A DNA stretch of 64,000 nt from a virus (lineage: Duplodnaviria > Heunggongvirae > Uroviricota > Caudoviricetes), in the IMG/VR virus record IMGVR_UViG_3300029305_002776. One strand, written 5' to 3'. Under the pieces are notes generated by a model. The model was not told the origin of the DNA. It ran no database searches and saw nothing but the letters and a program-made list of their open reading frames with translations. Shown one piece after another: positions 16,866 through 26,596 of this stretch (its first letter is position 1; each line of letters opens with the position of its first letter). The position numbers and the translations under genes are program-made.

Positions 16866-16942
16866 TTACATCATTTCCTTTCTATTAATAATTTTGTATT
16901 GTGTGGAGTAAGTATTAACCTACCCCACACAAACTTTTATCA

Positions 16943-18016
16943 TTACCATGGAGTTTCATCATCGTTGTTGCTGTCTCCAAAATCTCCATCGCCCCAGTCA
17001 GCATCACTTGAAGTATCGTCATTTACAACAAACTTTTGTTCTGCTTCCTTTGCGTTCTTGATAGCACGAATGGCTGCGGCAATCTTGTCCTCACTATATG
17101 TTTCCTTATCAATAGTGTCAGGAACTGCCTTATAAACAACATATTCTCGCTTGGTAGGAGAATTCAGTCGTTCCATAGGAGAAGCTTCCCCCCATCCATC
17201 ATCATCGGTTTCAACAGCACTAATATCATTAATAACTTCAATGCGTCCATAGGTCTTAATTGCATATGCAGGCTTCATTGCCTTGCGCAGATTGCCAGCA
17301 AGCTTTGCGTGTGCCTTATCAACAATAAAAGATGTAGGCTCAATAGTTGCATAACCAATATTGTAGCCGCTTAGAATGAAACGCTCAGTTGGCTTGTCGT
17401 TCTCATCCATTTCCTTTTCAATAGAGCTAAATACAATCGTATTCTCAAACTCTGCCATCTCTGCAAAGTCATCAGCATCAAAATTAATATCATCCTTTGT
17501 AAAAGAAATCTGAGTAGGAACAAGGTCTACACTTCTGCGAACTTCACCATTCTTGTTTGTATAGCTAGAGAACTCCATATTTCCCTTAACAAACAGGCTG
17601 GTTCCATCCTTAAGATTATCGTGCAGATACTCAACGGCATCGTACTCGGTAAACATTTCATTTACATTCTTGCCATCATCGCCCTTTGATGTGCTAATAT
17701 TCACACCAATCAGTCTAAATCCGTCGCCTGGACTCTTCTTTCTATCCTTCCAAGCAACCTTCTTAGTAGTTCCCTTTTCGCCCTTCTTCTCTGCGGCCTT
17801 GTAATAAAAAACTTCGCTTCTTGGGAAACCTCTGAGCTTCATATAAACAGTCTTGTTGCTATTAATATTTAAACCAATATCAATAGAATTCCAATTACCA
17901 CCAGACTTAGTAGTCCCGCTCTGGTATGCCTTTTCTCTCTTCATTCCAGTAACTACACCACGAATTTGGAAAGTTGCTGAAGTTTGCTCAAGTGTATGCA
18001 CTCTTTCTTTATCCAT
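16943..18016 (-). CDS. ssb: single-stranded DNA-binding protein (OB fold, acidic C-terminal tail ...DDETPW)
   Basis: C-terminal acidic tip ending D-D-E-T-P-W resembles SSB DDDIPF tail; start at MDKERV with RBS AAGGAG. Confidence 0.65.
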   Translation of the reverse strand: MDKERVHTLEQTSATFQIRGVVTGMKREKAYQSGTTKSGGNWNSIDIGLNINSNKTVYMKLRGFPRSEVFYYKAAEKKGEKGTTKKVAWKDRKKSPGDGFRLIGVNISTSKGDDGKNVNEMFTEYDAVEYLHDNLKDGTSLFVKGNMEFSSYTNKNGEVRRSVDLVPTQISFTKDDINFDADDFAEMAEFENTIVFSSIEKEMDENDKPTERFILSGYNIGYATIEPTSFIVDKAHAKLAGNLRKAMKPAYAIKTYGRIEVINDISAVETDDDGWGEASPMERLNSPTKREYVVYKAVPDTIDKETYSEDKIAAAIRAIKNAKEAEQKFVVNDDTSSDADWGDGDFGDSNNDDETPW

Positions 18017-18083
18017 AATAAATAATCTCCTTTTAACCATAAATATAAATTTTTATAATTTCTACAGTAATTTTGTACTGTAA

Positions 18084-18293
18084 TTAATAAATAAAATATC
18101 TGCTGTCTAATGTAGTATCCATATACTTATATATATCGTCACGTTCTGTTCCTAAATTAATTGCCTTATTTTCTCCACAACACGGGCAATAATTATGTAC
18201 ATACAGATCCGATTCTTGATATTTACGTTCCACGCTGTATACTTTTCCACAATTGCAACATTGTAAATAGGTTTTGCCTTCCACTTCTCTCAC
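18084..18293 (-). CDS. small zinc-ribbon protein
   Basis: CCNCG...CPCCG. Confidence 0.4.
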   Translation of the reverse strand: MREVEGKTYLQCCNCGKVYSVERKYQESDLYVHNYCPCCGENKAINLGTERDDIYKYMDTTLDSRYFIY

Positions 18294-18360
18294 TCATCGT
18301 GCCTCTCCTTTCTCTTAAAATCAAACGCAATAATTTTGTACTATTCTTTATTACATCTGA

Positions 18361-18389
18361 ATTTTACCACATTTTTAGCATTTTGTCAA
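18361..18389 (-). promoter_or_regulatory. sigma70-type promoter TTGACA-N17-TAAAAT
   Basis: minus strand CCTCTTGACAAAATGCTAAAAATGTGGTAAAATTCAG + leader. Confidence 0.6.
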
Positions 18390-18417
18390 GAGGTAAATAG
18401 AAGGCATTTTAAATTTT

Positions 18418-18681
18418 CTAAACAATATTTATGGTTACACTAATCATATTCCCAAGAATTTTCAAACAATTTTCATTACACAAGATGTCTTCAATTTCAT
18501 TATAATATAAATAAATATAATTGCGATTAACCATAAACCCTATTTTCTCTTCATCTAGCACTGATTGAAAAATACACTTTGCCTTTTGTTTTCCATAAAT
18601 TGTATGCTCAATGTGAACCATTACATGTTTGCCATCAAACTGTTTTAAGTTATAATTTATATTGTCATACAATTGTGACAC
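18418..18681 (-). CDS. hypothetical protein (87 aa)
   Basis: ORF downstream of promoter 18857-18885. Confidence 0.4.
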   Translation of the reverse strand: MSQLYDNINYNLKQFDGKHVMVHIEHTIYGKQKAKCIFQSVLDEEKIGFMVNRNYIYLYYNEIEDILCNENCLKILGNMISVTINIV

Positions 18682-18856
18682 CCCCTATATTGCTTGTCCA
18701 TATGTATATTATACACCGAACACCAGTTCGATTCAACCATCAAATTATACCATTTTTGTTTGGCCTTTCTAAAACAAAGTACAATTTCCTTTATTGTGAA
18801 AATCCATTAAATTTTAAACATTTAATCAATTTGAACAATAATTTTGTATTGTATTT

Positions 18857-18885
18857 ATCTTACTATATTATTTTGAGTTTGTCAA
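18857..18885 (-). promoter_or_regulatory. sigma70-type promoter TTGACA-N17-TAAGAT
   Basis: minus strand GTATATTGACAAACTCAAAATAATATAGTAAGATAAATAC + leader ACAATACAAAATTATT. Confidence 0.55.
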
Positions 18886-18898
18886 TATACTTTTAAAC

Positions 18899-18935
18899 AA
18901 AAAAAAGAGGGGCAGACCGAAGCCCACCCCCTCTA
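18899..18935 (-). terminator. rho-independent terminator (GC stem AGAGGGG/CCCCTCT + U8) overlapping stop codon of 18933..19856
   Basis: minus strand ...TAGAGGGGGTGGGCTTCGGTCTGCCCCTCTTTTTTTTG. Confidence 0.7.
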
Positions 18936-19856
18936 TTCTACATCTTTAAATTTATCGTGAATAACGTCTACATAATGGTTTTGTTTATATCCATATTGAA
19001 GTGCAAGTTGTTTTCCCTCATCTGTATAGAGAAACTCTCTCATGCTGCAATCATTTTTAAGCATACCCTCTTTAATTTTATGCAAAAGTCCAGAAGCTTG
19101 AATGTTTTTCATTGTAAGCATAGGCATATCAACTTGTTTTCTATAGTTTTGAAAACGGCGATACACCCATCTGAATTTTACATCATTTGATGTGCCAGCA
19201 AATGCATTAAATCTTTCCTTGTAAAGAGTGTCGTAACCATTTAGCTTGTCAACTCTAATTGTATTTCCATAACACAAATATTCTGTTTCAGAAAATGCCT
19301 TATCCAAATATTCAGAAAGCTTTTCGCTTATTGGAATTATCCTTCCGTCAGGAAAAATCAAGCTGCGTTTGTCTTCACTAAACATACTTCTGTTTAATGA
19401 AACTAAATCAGACATACTTTTGCCACTAATTCCATTCCATAAAGCTTCAATGATTGCCTTGTCTGTAAAATTAAACAATTCATTCTCTATATCATCTAGC
19501 TCTTCTCTAGTGATATAAAGCTGATTTTGAATTTCTGGATCTATACACTCTTTAATTGCATCTTTGTTTATTTCATTGTATACATTTTCATTGTCAATTT
19601 GTTTGTGATATATTCTAAACGCAGTATAGTGTTTTAGGTATACATTGTAGTTTTCTAGAACACTTTTTGACTTTGCCCCAAATTTTCTATACATATCTAA
19701 AATTTCTTCTTTAGTAAACTCACTGCAATCCCTATCATATTTTCTTTCAAAGTCAGATGTTTTATTAAATATGGCAGATAGAGATGTTGCCGCAACAATT
19801 CTGCTTCTCATATAGTCTTTTATGAATTCAGCTTTCGCCTCCTCATTATAATACAT
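18933..19856 (-). CDS. hypothetical protein (307 aa) adjacent to integrase
   Basis: ORF with RBS AAGGAG; own promoter and terminator. Confidence 0.45.
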   Translation of the reverse strand: MYYNEEAKAEFIKDYMRSRIVAATSLSAIFNKTSDFERKYDRDCSEFTKEEILDMYRKFGAKSKSVLENYNVYLKHYTAFRIYHKQIDNENVYNEINKDAIKECIDPEIQNQLYITREELDDIENELFNFTDKAIIEALWNGISGKSMSDLVSLNRSMFSEDKRSLIFPDGRIIPISEKLSEYLDKAFSETEYLCYGNTIRVDKLNGYDTLYKERFNAFAGTSNDVKFRWVYRRFQNYRKQVDMPMLTMKNIQASGLLHKIKEGMLKNDCSMREFLYTDEGKQLALQYGYKQNHYVDVIHDKFKDVE

Positions 19857-19904
19857 AATACCACTCCTTGTGGGAATTTTTTTGAACTTTCTGTTTGCTT
19901 TTTG

Positions 19905-19933
19905 ATTTTACAATACAATATTATTTTTGTCAA
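19905..19933 (-). promoter_or_regulatory. sigma70-type promoter TTGACA-N17-TAAAAT
   Basis: minus strand TTATTGACAAAAATAATATTGTATTGTAAAATCAAA. Confidence 0.55.
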
Positions 19934-19943
19934 TAAAAATAAT

Positions 19944-20921
19944 TTAAATCACACTATCCATGAATTGAACCTTGCTCTTTTGCCTTTCTTCATCTACTGA
20001 GATATATCTTTTAGTAGTAGAAATGTCTGCATGCCCAAGATGACTTCCAACAAGATAAATGTCTCCTGTTTTATTATAAAGTAAATTGGCACTTGTTCGT
20101 CTAAGAGTGTGGGCACTCACATGTTTATTAGTTGCTCCATTAGCATATTTTGTTAACAATTCTCTTATTGAATTGTTTGAAATCCTTTGCTTCTTTTGGC
20201 TTATAAACAGTGCATTTGTATCAAGTTGTCCATAATACTTTTTTCTATCGTTCAAGTATACTTTAAACTGTTCTCTTAAGTTGTCGCCAAATTCAATAAC
20301 TCTATATCTGTCTCCTTTCTCAATCACTTGTAATGTATTATGTTCTAAATCAATATCCTCTATGTTAAGTTGAGATATTGCACTAACACGAAGCCCTGTT
20401 GTCACACCAAGGCTGAAAATTAACCTATCTCTATTTACATTTTTGTGATATGGACTTTTACTAATATTTGTTGTCATATGCTTTATTTCTTTTGTTGTTA
20501 ACGCAGGCTTCTTTTTTTCATCTTTTATTTTTGGCCTTTCCGTTTTAGCAACAATATTTTCTTTTGTCAAACCAGCCAAATAAAGAAACTTATAAAACGC
20601 ATTAAGACTTGACCACCTTGCGGCTAGAGCACTATCGGATGTTCTTTTAATATCACCAGTCTTTGTTTTATAAGTTTTAATAGATGTCATATATTTGTTA
20701 ATATCAATGATAGATATATTGTTATAAAAATCGTTAGACGGATTGTTGTTAGTCACAAAGTTCATAAAATCAACAATGTGATCTATATAATTCTCGCAGG
20801 TTAAATATGATTTGTTACTTAATGAATAATAAAAATCACTAAAAACAGAAGGTAATTTAGAAAGTTTAATTTTCATTTTCTCTTCTGCCTTTAATTCTTT
20901 TTCAAGGCGACCATTAATCAT
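19944..20921 (-). CDS. tyrosine-type site-specific recombinase/integrase
   Basis: C-terminal catalytic pattern R...HTLRRT...LGHADISTTKRY (R-H-R-Y tetrad) and N-terminal SAM-like domain. Confidence 0.85.
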   Translation of the reverse strand: MINGRLEKELKAEEKMKIKLSKLPSVFSDFYYSLSNKSYLTCENYIDHIVDFMNFVTNNNPSNDFYNNISIIDINKYMTSIKTYKTKTGDIKRTSDSALAARWSSLNAFYKFLYLAGLTKENIVAKTERPKIKDEKKKPALTTKEIKHMTTNISKSPYHKNVNRDRLIFSLGVTTGLRVSAISQLNIEDIDLEHNTLQVIEKGDRYRVIEFGDNLREQFKVYLNDRKKYYGQLDTNALFISQKKQRISNNSIRELLTKYANGATNKHVSAHTLRRTSANLLYNKTGDIYLVGSHLGHADISTTKRYISVDEERQKSKVQFMDSVI

Positions 20922-21453
20922 TAAACTCCCTCACTTTCTCATAAACATTAAATCCGTGAAATACTTTAGTAGGCTTCTTTAGCTTTTTATCTCTCCACCA
21001 GAAAAAGTAAAGCGTTGCGAATGCCCAGATAACGATAAAGCCATTGAAAATAAGACTAAATAGCATTGTTGCGATGTAAATTGCCCACCCAAAGACAACA
21101 CCCTTAACTTCCGAATCTTTATAATATTCTGATTTCGGTTCGGGTGTTGGGTCTGTATTCGCTGGCTCAACAATGCTTTCGATAATATCATCGGGAGGCG
21201 AGTTGGTTTTATAGTAATAAATATCTCCATTTTTATACCATTTGGCATATACCCAACAGAGTTTGCCGTTATGATTAGTGTAAGCTTGAACTAACTGAAC
21301 CATCTGTGGAATACCATAACAATTCCACGAATCATAATATCCTAAATCAACAGAATCCTTAATTTTTACAACAGCGTTTAACAGATAAGTATTGCCTTGA
21401 AAAGTAAATGTATCATAGTAAGTGCATTTTGGACTATAAGAAAGACAACGCAA
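20914..21453 (-). CDS. membrane protein (C-terminal TM helices)
   Basis: hydrophobic stretch VVFGWAIYIATMLFSLIFNGFIVIWAFATLYFFWW. Confidence 0.4.
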   Translation of the reverse strand: MRCLSYSPKCTYYDTFTFQGNTYLLNAVVKIKDSVDLGYYDSWNCYGIPQMVQLVQAYTNHNGKLCWVYAKWYKNGDIYYYKTNSPPDDIIESIVEPANTDPTPEPKSEYYKDSEVKGVVFGWAIYIATMLFSLIFNGFIVIWAFATLYFFWWRDKKLKKPTKVFHGFNVYEKVREFND

Positions 21454-21470
21454 AACAAACAGCTCCTTTC

Positions 21471-21806
21471 TTATGCGGTTGCATTATTCAAATAGCCAAT
21501 TGCGCTTTCGATGCAACTCATTAGCTCTTCATTGTTGTCTACATTTTCCTTTGCTTCATCTACACTATCCATTGCATTCTCTAAATTAACACACGCCTCT
21601 TCTGCTTTTTCATATCTATAACCACATTGAAGATTTTCAGGCATATTTTCCATATAATTCTCTTCATCGCTATAAATAGATTCGATTCTATCATATGCGT
21701 TATCTAATGCACTCATAATATCATTAGAGTTTTGATCAGATTTCATTTGGATAGAACACAACAGTTTAATAATATCATGCAGGCTTTTCCTACGTGCTTT
21801 ATTCAT
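21471..21806 (-). CDS. hypothetical acidic protein (111 aa)
   Basis: ORF on dominant strand. Confidence 0.4.
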   Translation of the reverse strand: MNKARRKSLHDIIKLLCSIQMKSDQNSNDIMSALDNAYDRIESIYSDEENYMENMPENLQCGYRYEKAEEACVNLENAMDSVDEAKENVDNNEELMSCIESAIGYLNNATA

Positions 21807-21817
21807 GATGATACTCC

Positions 21818-22159
21818 TTACTTAATTACTTTCATTACTCCATTAAAAGTTACAGAAATTCTAATATTACCATCTGTTAAAGGGTAAATCTCAAAATTAT
21901 CTGCGTGTTCAATGGCAGCAATAAAATCTTGAACATTGTTAACAACAACATCATCTGTCTCAACAGTAAGCGCTGCACTGCCAGTATTCAAAGTGTTCAT
22001 CTCAACTTCAAATTTTGCGTCAGGACTATACTTACAAATGATACTTTCAAGAATGTTGTGAGCGTTTTCAACTTGTTTCATTCGCTTACTGTCAACAATA
22101 AACATATGAGGTTTCTCTTGCCAATCCTTTAGCTGTTTCATAAAAACATCAAAATTCAT
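21818..22159 (-). CDS. hypothetical protein (start MNFDVF, RBS GGAGG)
   Basis: promoter 22182-22210 lies inside the longer track ORF, so internal start chosen. Confidence 0.4.
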   Translation of the reverse strand: MNFDVFMKQLKDWQEKPHMFIVDSKRMKQVENAHNILESIICKYSPDAKFEVEMNTLNTGSAALTVETDDVVVNNVQDFIAAIEHADNFEIYPLTDGNIRISVTFNGVMKVIK

Positions 22160-22181
22160 ACTACTACCTCCATTTTTTAAA

Positions 22182-22210
22182 ATTATATCACAATAATTTC
22201 GTATTGTCAA
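22182..22210 (-). promoter_or_regulatory. sigma70-type promoter TTGACA-N17-TATAAT
   Basis: minus strand CCTCTTGACAATACGAAATTATTGTGATATAATTTT. Confidence 0.55.
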
Positions 22211-22728
22211 GAGGCAAGTGTAGAAGCTCTCTTCTCAAATGCCATCTTATAAGGGATAAACGCCTCTGCTTCATTATATCCCATTTCCTTTAACACCTCC
22301 ATTCTTTCTGCCTCAGAGAGAACACGAGTAATTCGCATCTGGTCTGCAATAACCCAAATGCGACCAACTCCTGCCTCTTTAAAGAAATAAAACCCGTTAA
22401 GTGGAAGATGTTCCTTCATACACTTACCAGGCATATTTTTAACTGTTTCAGTATAATCATTTGATGCAATATACTCTACCTCTGCAAAAACTCTTTTCCA
22501 GTTCTTGCGACGCTGGCTCTTATAAGTTCCGTTTGCAGACATAAGCCAAGGTGCGCTAGGAATCTGACCAATGTGATACCCAGGTCTTACACTAAAGCCC
22601 TTGGTAGGAAAGATACCTGCCTTAATCCATTCATTCACGGGCATGATTGTATTCTTGTCAATAAAAAGTGCATACAAATTGCCTTGCTCGTCCATTTCAA
22701 AAAGCTTCCACCCGATTTTTGTTTTCAT
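22207..22728 (-). CDS. hypothetical protein (173 aa)
   Basis: ORF on dominant strand. Confidence 0.4.
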   Translation of the reverse strand: MKTKIGWKLFEMDEQGNLYALFIDKNTIMPVNEWIKAGIFPTKGFSVRPGYHIGQIPSAPWLMSANGTYKSQRRKNWKRVFAEVEYIASNDYTETVKNMPGKCMKEHLPLNGFYFFKEAGVGRIWVIADQMRITRVLSEAERMEVLKEMGYNEAEAFIPYKMAFEKRASTLAS

Positions 22729-23485
22729 ATTTACACTCTCCTTGTTGAATTATTTTATTTAACGAGTTGATTAAGCAATAAATTGCATCATTAATATCTG
22801 CATATTTCCATGATAAATATTCATTTGTCACAGGATGTCTACCTGCATGCTTACATCTTCCAGCACATGCTTTTGTAATATCCTCTCTTCTAATTCCATA
22901 TGTGTTTTCCGCATCTTTTGCGCCCCAAAAGATTTCGTTTAACTCTAAAGAATATACTGGTCTTGCTCTACCATTTTTTGACCCAGTTCTTCCAATACTC
23001 ATTTTGTTTCGTACATCTTCTGGAACACGCATTCCTTTATGTTTATTACTAATTTTTTTCTTTGTTTCTTCAGAATGTTTTTTGCCATACAAAGGATGAT
23101 TTGTACCAGAACAATCGTAATGATTGTCTCTCATCTTTTGTCTTGCGGCTTCAGACATAATAACACCACTAGTTGTTTCGCCGCCACTTGTTAAATTATA
23201 TCCATATTTAGGGTTGTTTGACTTATAGTGTTTAATCAAACATCTTTCTACTCTACATGCGTACTCAAAGGTCTCGTCTTTTAAAACTATATCGTGTTTA
23301 AAATTTTCCCAACCATACTTTTTAATTGCAGTATAAAAGTAAGAATTATGCTTATATCCTTCACCATTTTGCCATCTTCGTTCTGGTATGGTTTGACTAG
23401 TAATACCAACGTATTTTTTATTATTTATTAAATTTGTATGCACATATATACAATATTTTTTATCAACACTTTCCATAACAATCAA
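22697..23485 (-). CDS. GIY-YIG homing endonuclease with NUMOD3-like repeats
   Basis: N-terminal YCIYVHTNLINNKKYVGIT...R...E (GIY-YIG), repeated ...HSEETKKKISNKHKG / ...EDVRNKMS motifs. Confidence 0.75.
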   Translation of the reverse strand: MIVMESVDKKYCIYVHTNLINNKKYVGITSQTIPERRWQNGEGYKHNSYFYTAIKKYGWENFKHDIVLKDETFEYACRVERCLIKHYKSNNPKYGYNLTSGGETTSGVIMSEAARQKMRDNHYDCSGTNHPLYGKKHSEETKKKISNKHKGMRVPEDVRNKMSIGRTGSKNGRARPVYSLELNEIFWGAKDAENTYGIRREDITKACAGRCKHAGRHPVTNEYLSWKYADINDAIYCLINSLNKIIQQGECKYENKNRVEAF

Positions 23486-23526
23486 CTCTTCTGCTGTAAT
23501 TTTGTATTGTATGTTTTTGCATTGAT

Positions 23527-23555
23527 ATTATATCATATCATGTTATATATGTCAA
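23527..23555 (-). promoter_or_regulatory. sigma70-type promoter TTGACA-N17-TATAAT
   Basis: minus strand AATACTTGACATATATAACATGATATGATATAATATCAATG + leader ACAATACAAAATTAC. Confidence 0.6.
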
Positions 23556-23569
23556 GTATTAATTTTCCA

Positions 23570-24139
23570 TTATTCAAACTCCTTCCAAATTCTCTGGTTG
23601 TCATTCAGAGAATATTCTGTTACTTCTACAATATGTTTACAATTAAGGTGTCTAGGCAAATCAAAGCAATATCCATCATCTGCATATTGACATCTTGTAT
23701 CAGACCAAACACCACATTTTTTTATTTTGATTGCTTTATATCCATTAGGGATGTAACCAACATACAGATAGTACAATTCATCCTCTTCGCAATAGTATCT
23801 TTCCATGCTATGATTTGCATAGTAAAACTGCCTCTTGTCTTGTTCCCAGTACATTATTTTCAGTTCATAAAAAGTATCATTAAACCATCTACACACAAGC
23901 ATAGGGCAATCAATCTCAGGCCAAGTGTTCGGATCGTCTTTTCTGTATAAATGCCAATGTTCTTGCTGTTCCATTCTTAAATCTTCTAGAAAATCATTAT
24001 CGTTCAAATCCATCAAACAGCCACTTGCACCACAATTAGGACAATATTCTTTATTCTCTTCTTTATCATAAAGAATTTCACTTTCATAAAATTCTTTCAT
24101 ACAGTTATTGCAAATAATTTTACTTTCAAGAATATTCAT
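23570..24139 (-). CDS. Cys-rich hypothetical protein (189 aa)
   Basis: CNNC...CPNCG zinc-ribbon-like N-terminus. Confidence 0.4.
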   Translation of the reverse strand: MNILESKIICNNCMKEFYESEILYDKEENKEYCPNCGASGCLMDLNDNDFLEDLRMEQQEHWHLYRKDDPNTWPEIDCPMLVCRWFNDTFYELKIMYWEQDKRQFYYANHSMERYYCEEDELYYLYVGYIPNGYKAIKIKKCGVWSDTRCQYADDGYCFDLPRHLNCKHIVEVTEYSLNDNQRIWKEFE

Positions 24140-24163
24140 AATTATCTCCTTAAAATCACTCTT

Positions 24164-24400
24164 TTATGTGGTCAATCGTTTCTTCGCCAAGTCTAACATA
24201 TACTCTATATTTGGAGAACAATTTGCAAGATTTTCGGTATCTTCCTCAAAATAATATGTTTCATCATCAGAACTAATTTTATTTAGAACATCGGTCAATT
24301 CTTCTGCTGTTTCTTTTGAAGTGACATATCCACCCACTTCATCAAATGCTCCTTTTACACAGATTAAGTAATTCATACCATCACCTCTTAAAATCGTCAT
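24164..24400 (-). CDS. hypothetical protein (78 aa)
   Basis: ORF on dominant strand. Confidence 0.35.
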   Translation of the reverse strand: MTILRGDGMNYLICVKGAFDEVGGYVTSKETAEELTDVLNKISSDDETYYFEEDTENLANCSPNIEYMLDLAKKRLTT

Positions 24401-24401
24401 T

Positions 24402-24680
24402 TTAGTTGCTATCCCAACTAATTATTGCTCTATATTCTGGCGGATGACTATATTCTGGCTCTCGCCAACCGCCAGAAGATGTATAAACATCTTCTCGAAT
24501 AATGCGATAGCCAAGATTTCGCCACTCTCTGCGTTTAACTTTCAATTCTTCTTCTGTAAGTTCTATACCCCAATACACTTGACATTCTGTTTTGCCATTT
24601 AGTACAGCATAAAGAATTTCACGCAAATTCCAATTATCATGTTCCTGTGTAAGTTTTAAGGCATTATTTGCACTAATCAT
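24402..24680 (-). CDS. hypothetical protein (92 aa)
   Basis: ORF on dominant strand. Confidence 0.35.
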   Translation of the reverse strand: MISANNALKLTQEHDNWNLREILYAVLNGKTECQVYWGIELTEEELKVKRREWRNLGYRIIREDVYTSSGGWREPEYSHPPEYRAIISWDSN

Positions 24681-24696
24681 ATATAATTCCCTCTTA

Positions 24697-24924
24697 TCAT
24701 TCTATTTTGCCTAAACCTTCATGCTTTTTATAGTAATTTAACGCAGTTAATATTGTTTGCTTTGTTTCTTCCGACCAACAGCGTATATTAAATTGCTTCA
24801 TTACTTCATCTTTGTCTACAACCTTTTCGTCCATGTGCTGAATCGCACTCTCGAAAAGCATGATAAACTCATTGGCTCTTTGAATTTTTGGAAGAAATTC
24901 CTTGTTGTATTCTTTTATTGTCAT
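24697..24924 (-). CDS. hypothetical protein (75 aa)
   Basis: ORF on dominant strand. Confidence 0.35.
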   Translation of the reverse strand: MTIKEYNKEFLPKIQRANEFIMLFESAIQHMDEKVVDKDEVMKQFNIRCWSEETKQTILTALNYYKKHEGLGKIE

Positions 24925-25074
24925 ATAATTAGTTATCCTTTTAACTTCAAATCTTTAACTGGCACACTCCACTCTTCACCATTACGAGTTAGCAATTTTG
25001 CATTTCCATTTTTATAGAATTCTCCAGTAAATAAGCCATCTTTCTTTTTATCTTCATAATTGTTGATGTGCCAT

Positions 25075-25734
25075 TCATACCGTTTTCCTGGCATCAGCTC
25101 CGTCTTCATTATTTAGCTCCTTTCCGTAACGCCAAACAACTCCGCAATACATAGTTCCATTCTTGACCGAATCTCTGATCTTCTTTTTAATCTTAGGAAT
25201 TGCAGCCTTATTCCCTTTTGCAATTACACTTGCCGCTTTATGAAGCCCAATATACTTTTTGTCACCACACCAAAAGTATTCTCTATTGTCTACCTTCTTT
25301 AGCTGCTTCAAATCAGATACACAATCTTGAGGCACTTTGTTCCCCTTGCTGCCATTACAAATTGTACACATGGTCTGCATATTTTCAATTGCATCCTTCC
25401 CTCCCTTGCTCTTAGGGAGAATATGATCTTTGGTCATCAAAACATCATCATCGGAGTAAAGGTTAAAATGCGCTCGATTGGGATTTGCAACTTCATCACA
25501 CTCAAGAGCATAGTAAGCACCTACTCTGCCGCAGCAAACACATTTATATCCCTTTTCAATAAATGTCTTGTATCGCAGACTACGTTTATAAACATCGTAT
25601 CCATCAATGACTGTACCAAAACCATCAGCTTTCTTTTCAAGCCTATTACAACTAGAATTAATTACAGCTTCCTTTACAATTGCTTCAACCTCTTCAATTG
25701 TAAAAGTTTTAATTCTTTTCAACTGTCTTTGCAT
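25075..25734 (-). CDS. HNH endonuclease
   Basis: HNH core MTKDHILPKSKGGKDAIENMQTMCTICNGSKGN plus Cys pairs. Confidence 0.75.
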   Translation of the reverse strand: MQRQLKRIKTFTIEEVEAIVKEAVINSSCNRLEKKADGFGTVIDGYDVYKRSLRYKTFIEKGYKCVCCGRVGAYYALECDEVANPNRAHFNLYSDDDVLMTKDHILPKSKGGKDAIENMQTMCTICNGSKGNKVPQDCVSDLKQLKKVDNREYFWCGDKKYIGLHKAASVIAKGNKAAIPKIKKKIRDSVKNGTMYCGVVWRYGKELNNEDGADARKTV

Positions 25735-25976
25735 TACTTAGCTTCCTTTCTAGAAAATGTCTTTTGACTATCAAAGAACATAACTATAATCCCTTGATTA
25801 ATTGCATACATTTTTTTGTTAAATTTCTTTTCATCAAATTCACGAAAATCAACGCCACACCAACCTGCAATTACATCAGTGTGAACAACTTTGTAGCAGC
25901 ATTTTTTAAGCTCTTCCACGAAGTCTTTACGGCTAAACTTTTCACCATTGACAAAATAGTCATACTTTTTGCGCAT
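25734..25976 (-). CDS. hypothetical protein (80 aa)
   Basis: ORF on dominant strand. Confidence 0.35.
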   Translation of the reverse strand: MRKKYDYFVNGEKFSRKDFVEELKKCCYKVVHTDVIAGWCGVDFREFDEKKFNKKMYAINQGIIVMFFDSQKTFSRKEAK

Positions 25977-25990
25977 TAAATTACCCCCTT

Positions 25991-26596
25991 TTAATTAAAC
26001 CATTTAATTACGGCATCTCCATTGTAGCCCTTCTCCCAGACATACCATGCATAAGCTACGGCAGAGCCACCACCAGCTTTCATCTTTTCAAACTCACCAT
26101 TTTTAGCACACAGCAGTCTACCGCTAGCAACATATACAGTCTTAGGAGGATACTTATCAAAAAGGCTTCGTCTTCCCTTGCCCTCAAGGAACTGCAGCTT
26201 CAAAAACATAGCTACCTTGTGACCATCAGGAATAATATCCATTGCCTTTTCAACAAAGTCCTGGGCAAACTTATACGGAGGATTTGTGATAATATCTCCA
26301 TCGAAAGTCCCGTTAAACTCCAGGAAATTAATAATTTCAGTATCGCCAGTTCTATCAATCAAATCACTACACTTGACGTTATGCCCTGCTTTCTTAAATA
26401 CCTGTGCAAGATGCCCCTCACCAGATGCACACTCCCAAATGTTATCAGAAAAGTCTTCAAGCTGAAGAAGCAGCTCTGCAGCTTTAGGGTCAGTTGCATA
26501 ATAATCATTAATTTCTCTTTCCTCTGCAGTATGATTACTTGCTCCAAGAGTCTTGTAAATAGAGTTCTGATTTCCAGTCCAGTCCTTGTTAGCCAT
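25991..26596 (-). CDS. DNA N6-adenine methyltransferase (phage Dam-like, NPPY motif)
   Basis: catalytic motif IV DIITNPPY; size and layout like T1-type Dam family. Confidence 0.7.
   Translation of the reverse strand: MANKDWTGNQNSIYKTLGASNHTAEEREINDYYATDPKAAELLLQLEDFSDNIWECASGEGHLAQVFKKAGHNVKCSDLIDRTGDTEIINFLEFNGTFDGDIITNPPYKFAQDFVEKAMDIIPDGHKVAMFLKLQFLEGKGRRSLFDKYPPKTVYVASGRLLCAKNGEFEKMKAGGGSAVAYAWYVWEKGYNGDAVIKWFN

Noticed and set aside
24933-25109. 58-aa minus-strand ORF (MKTELMPGKRYEWH...) downstream of the HNH gene
   Set aside because: Its start overlaps the last ~35 nt of the HNH gene in another frame and lacks a clear SD. Left out of the feature list.
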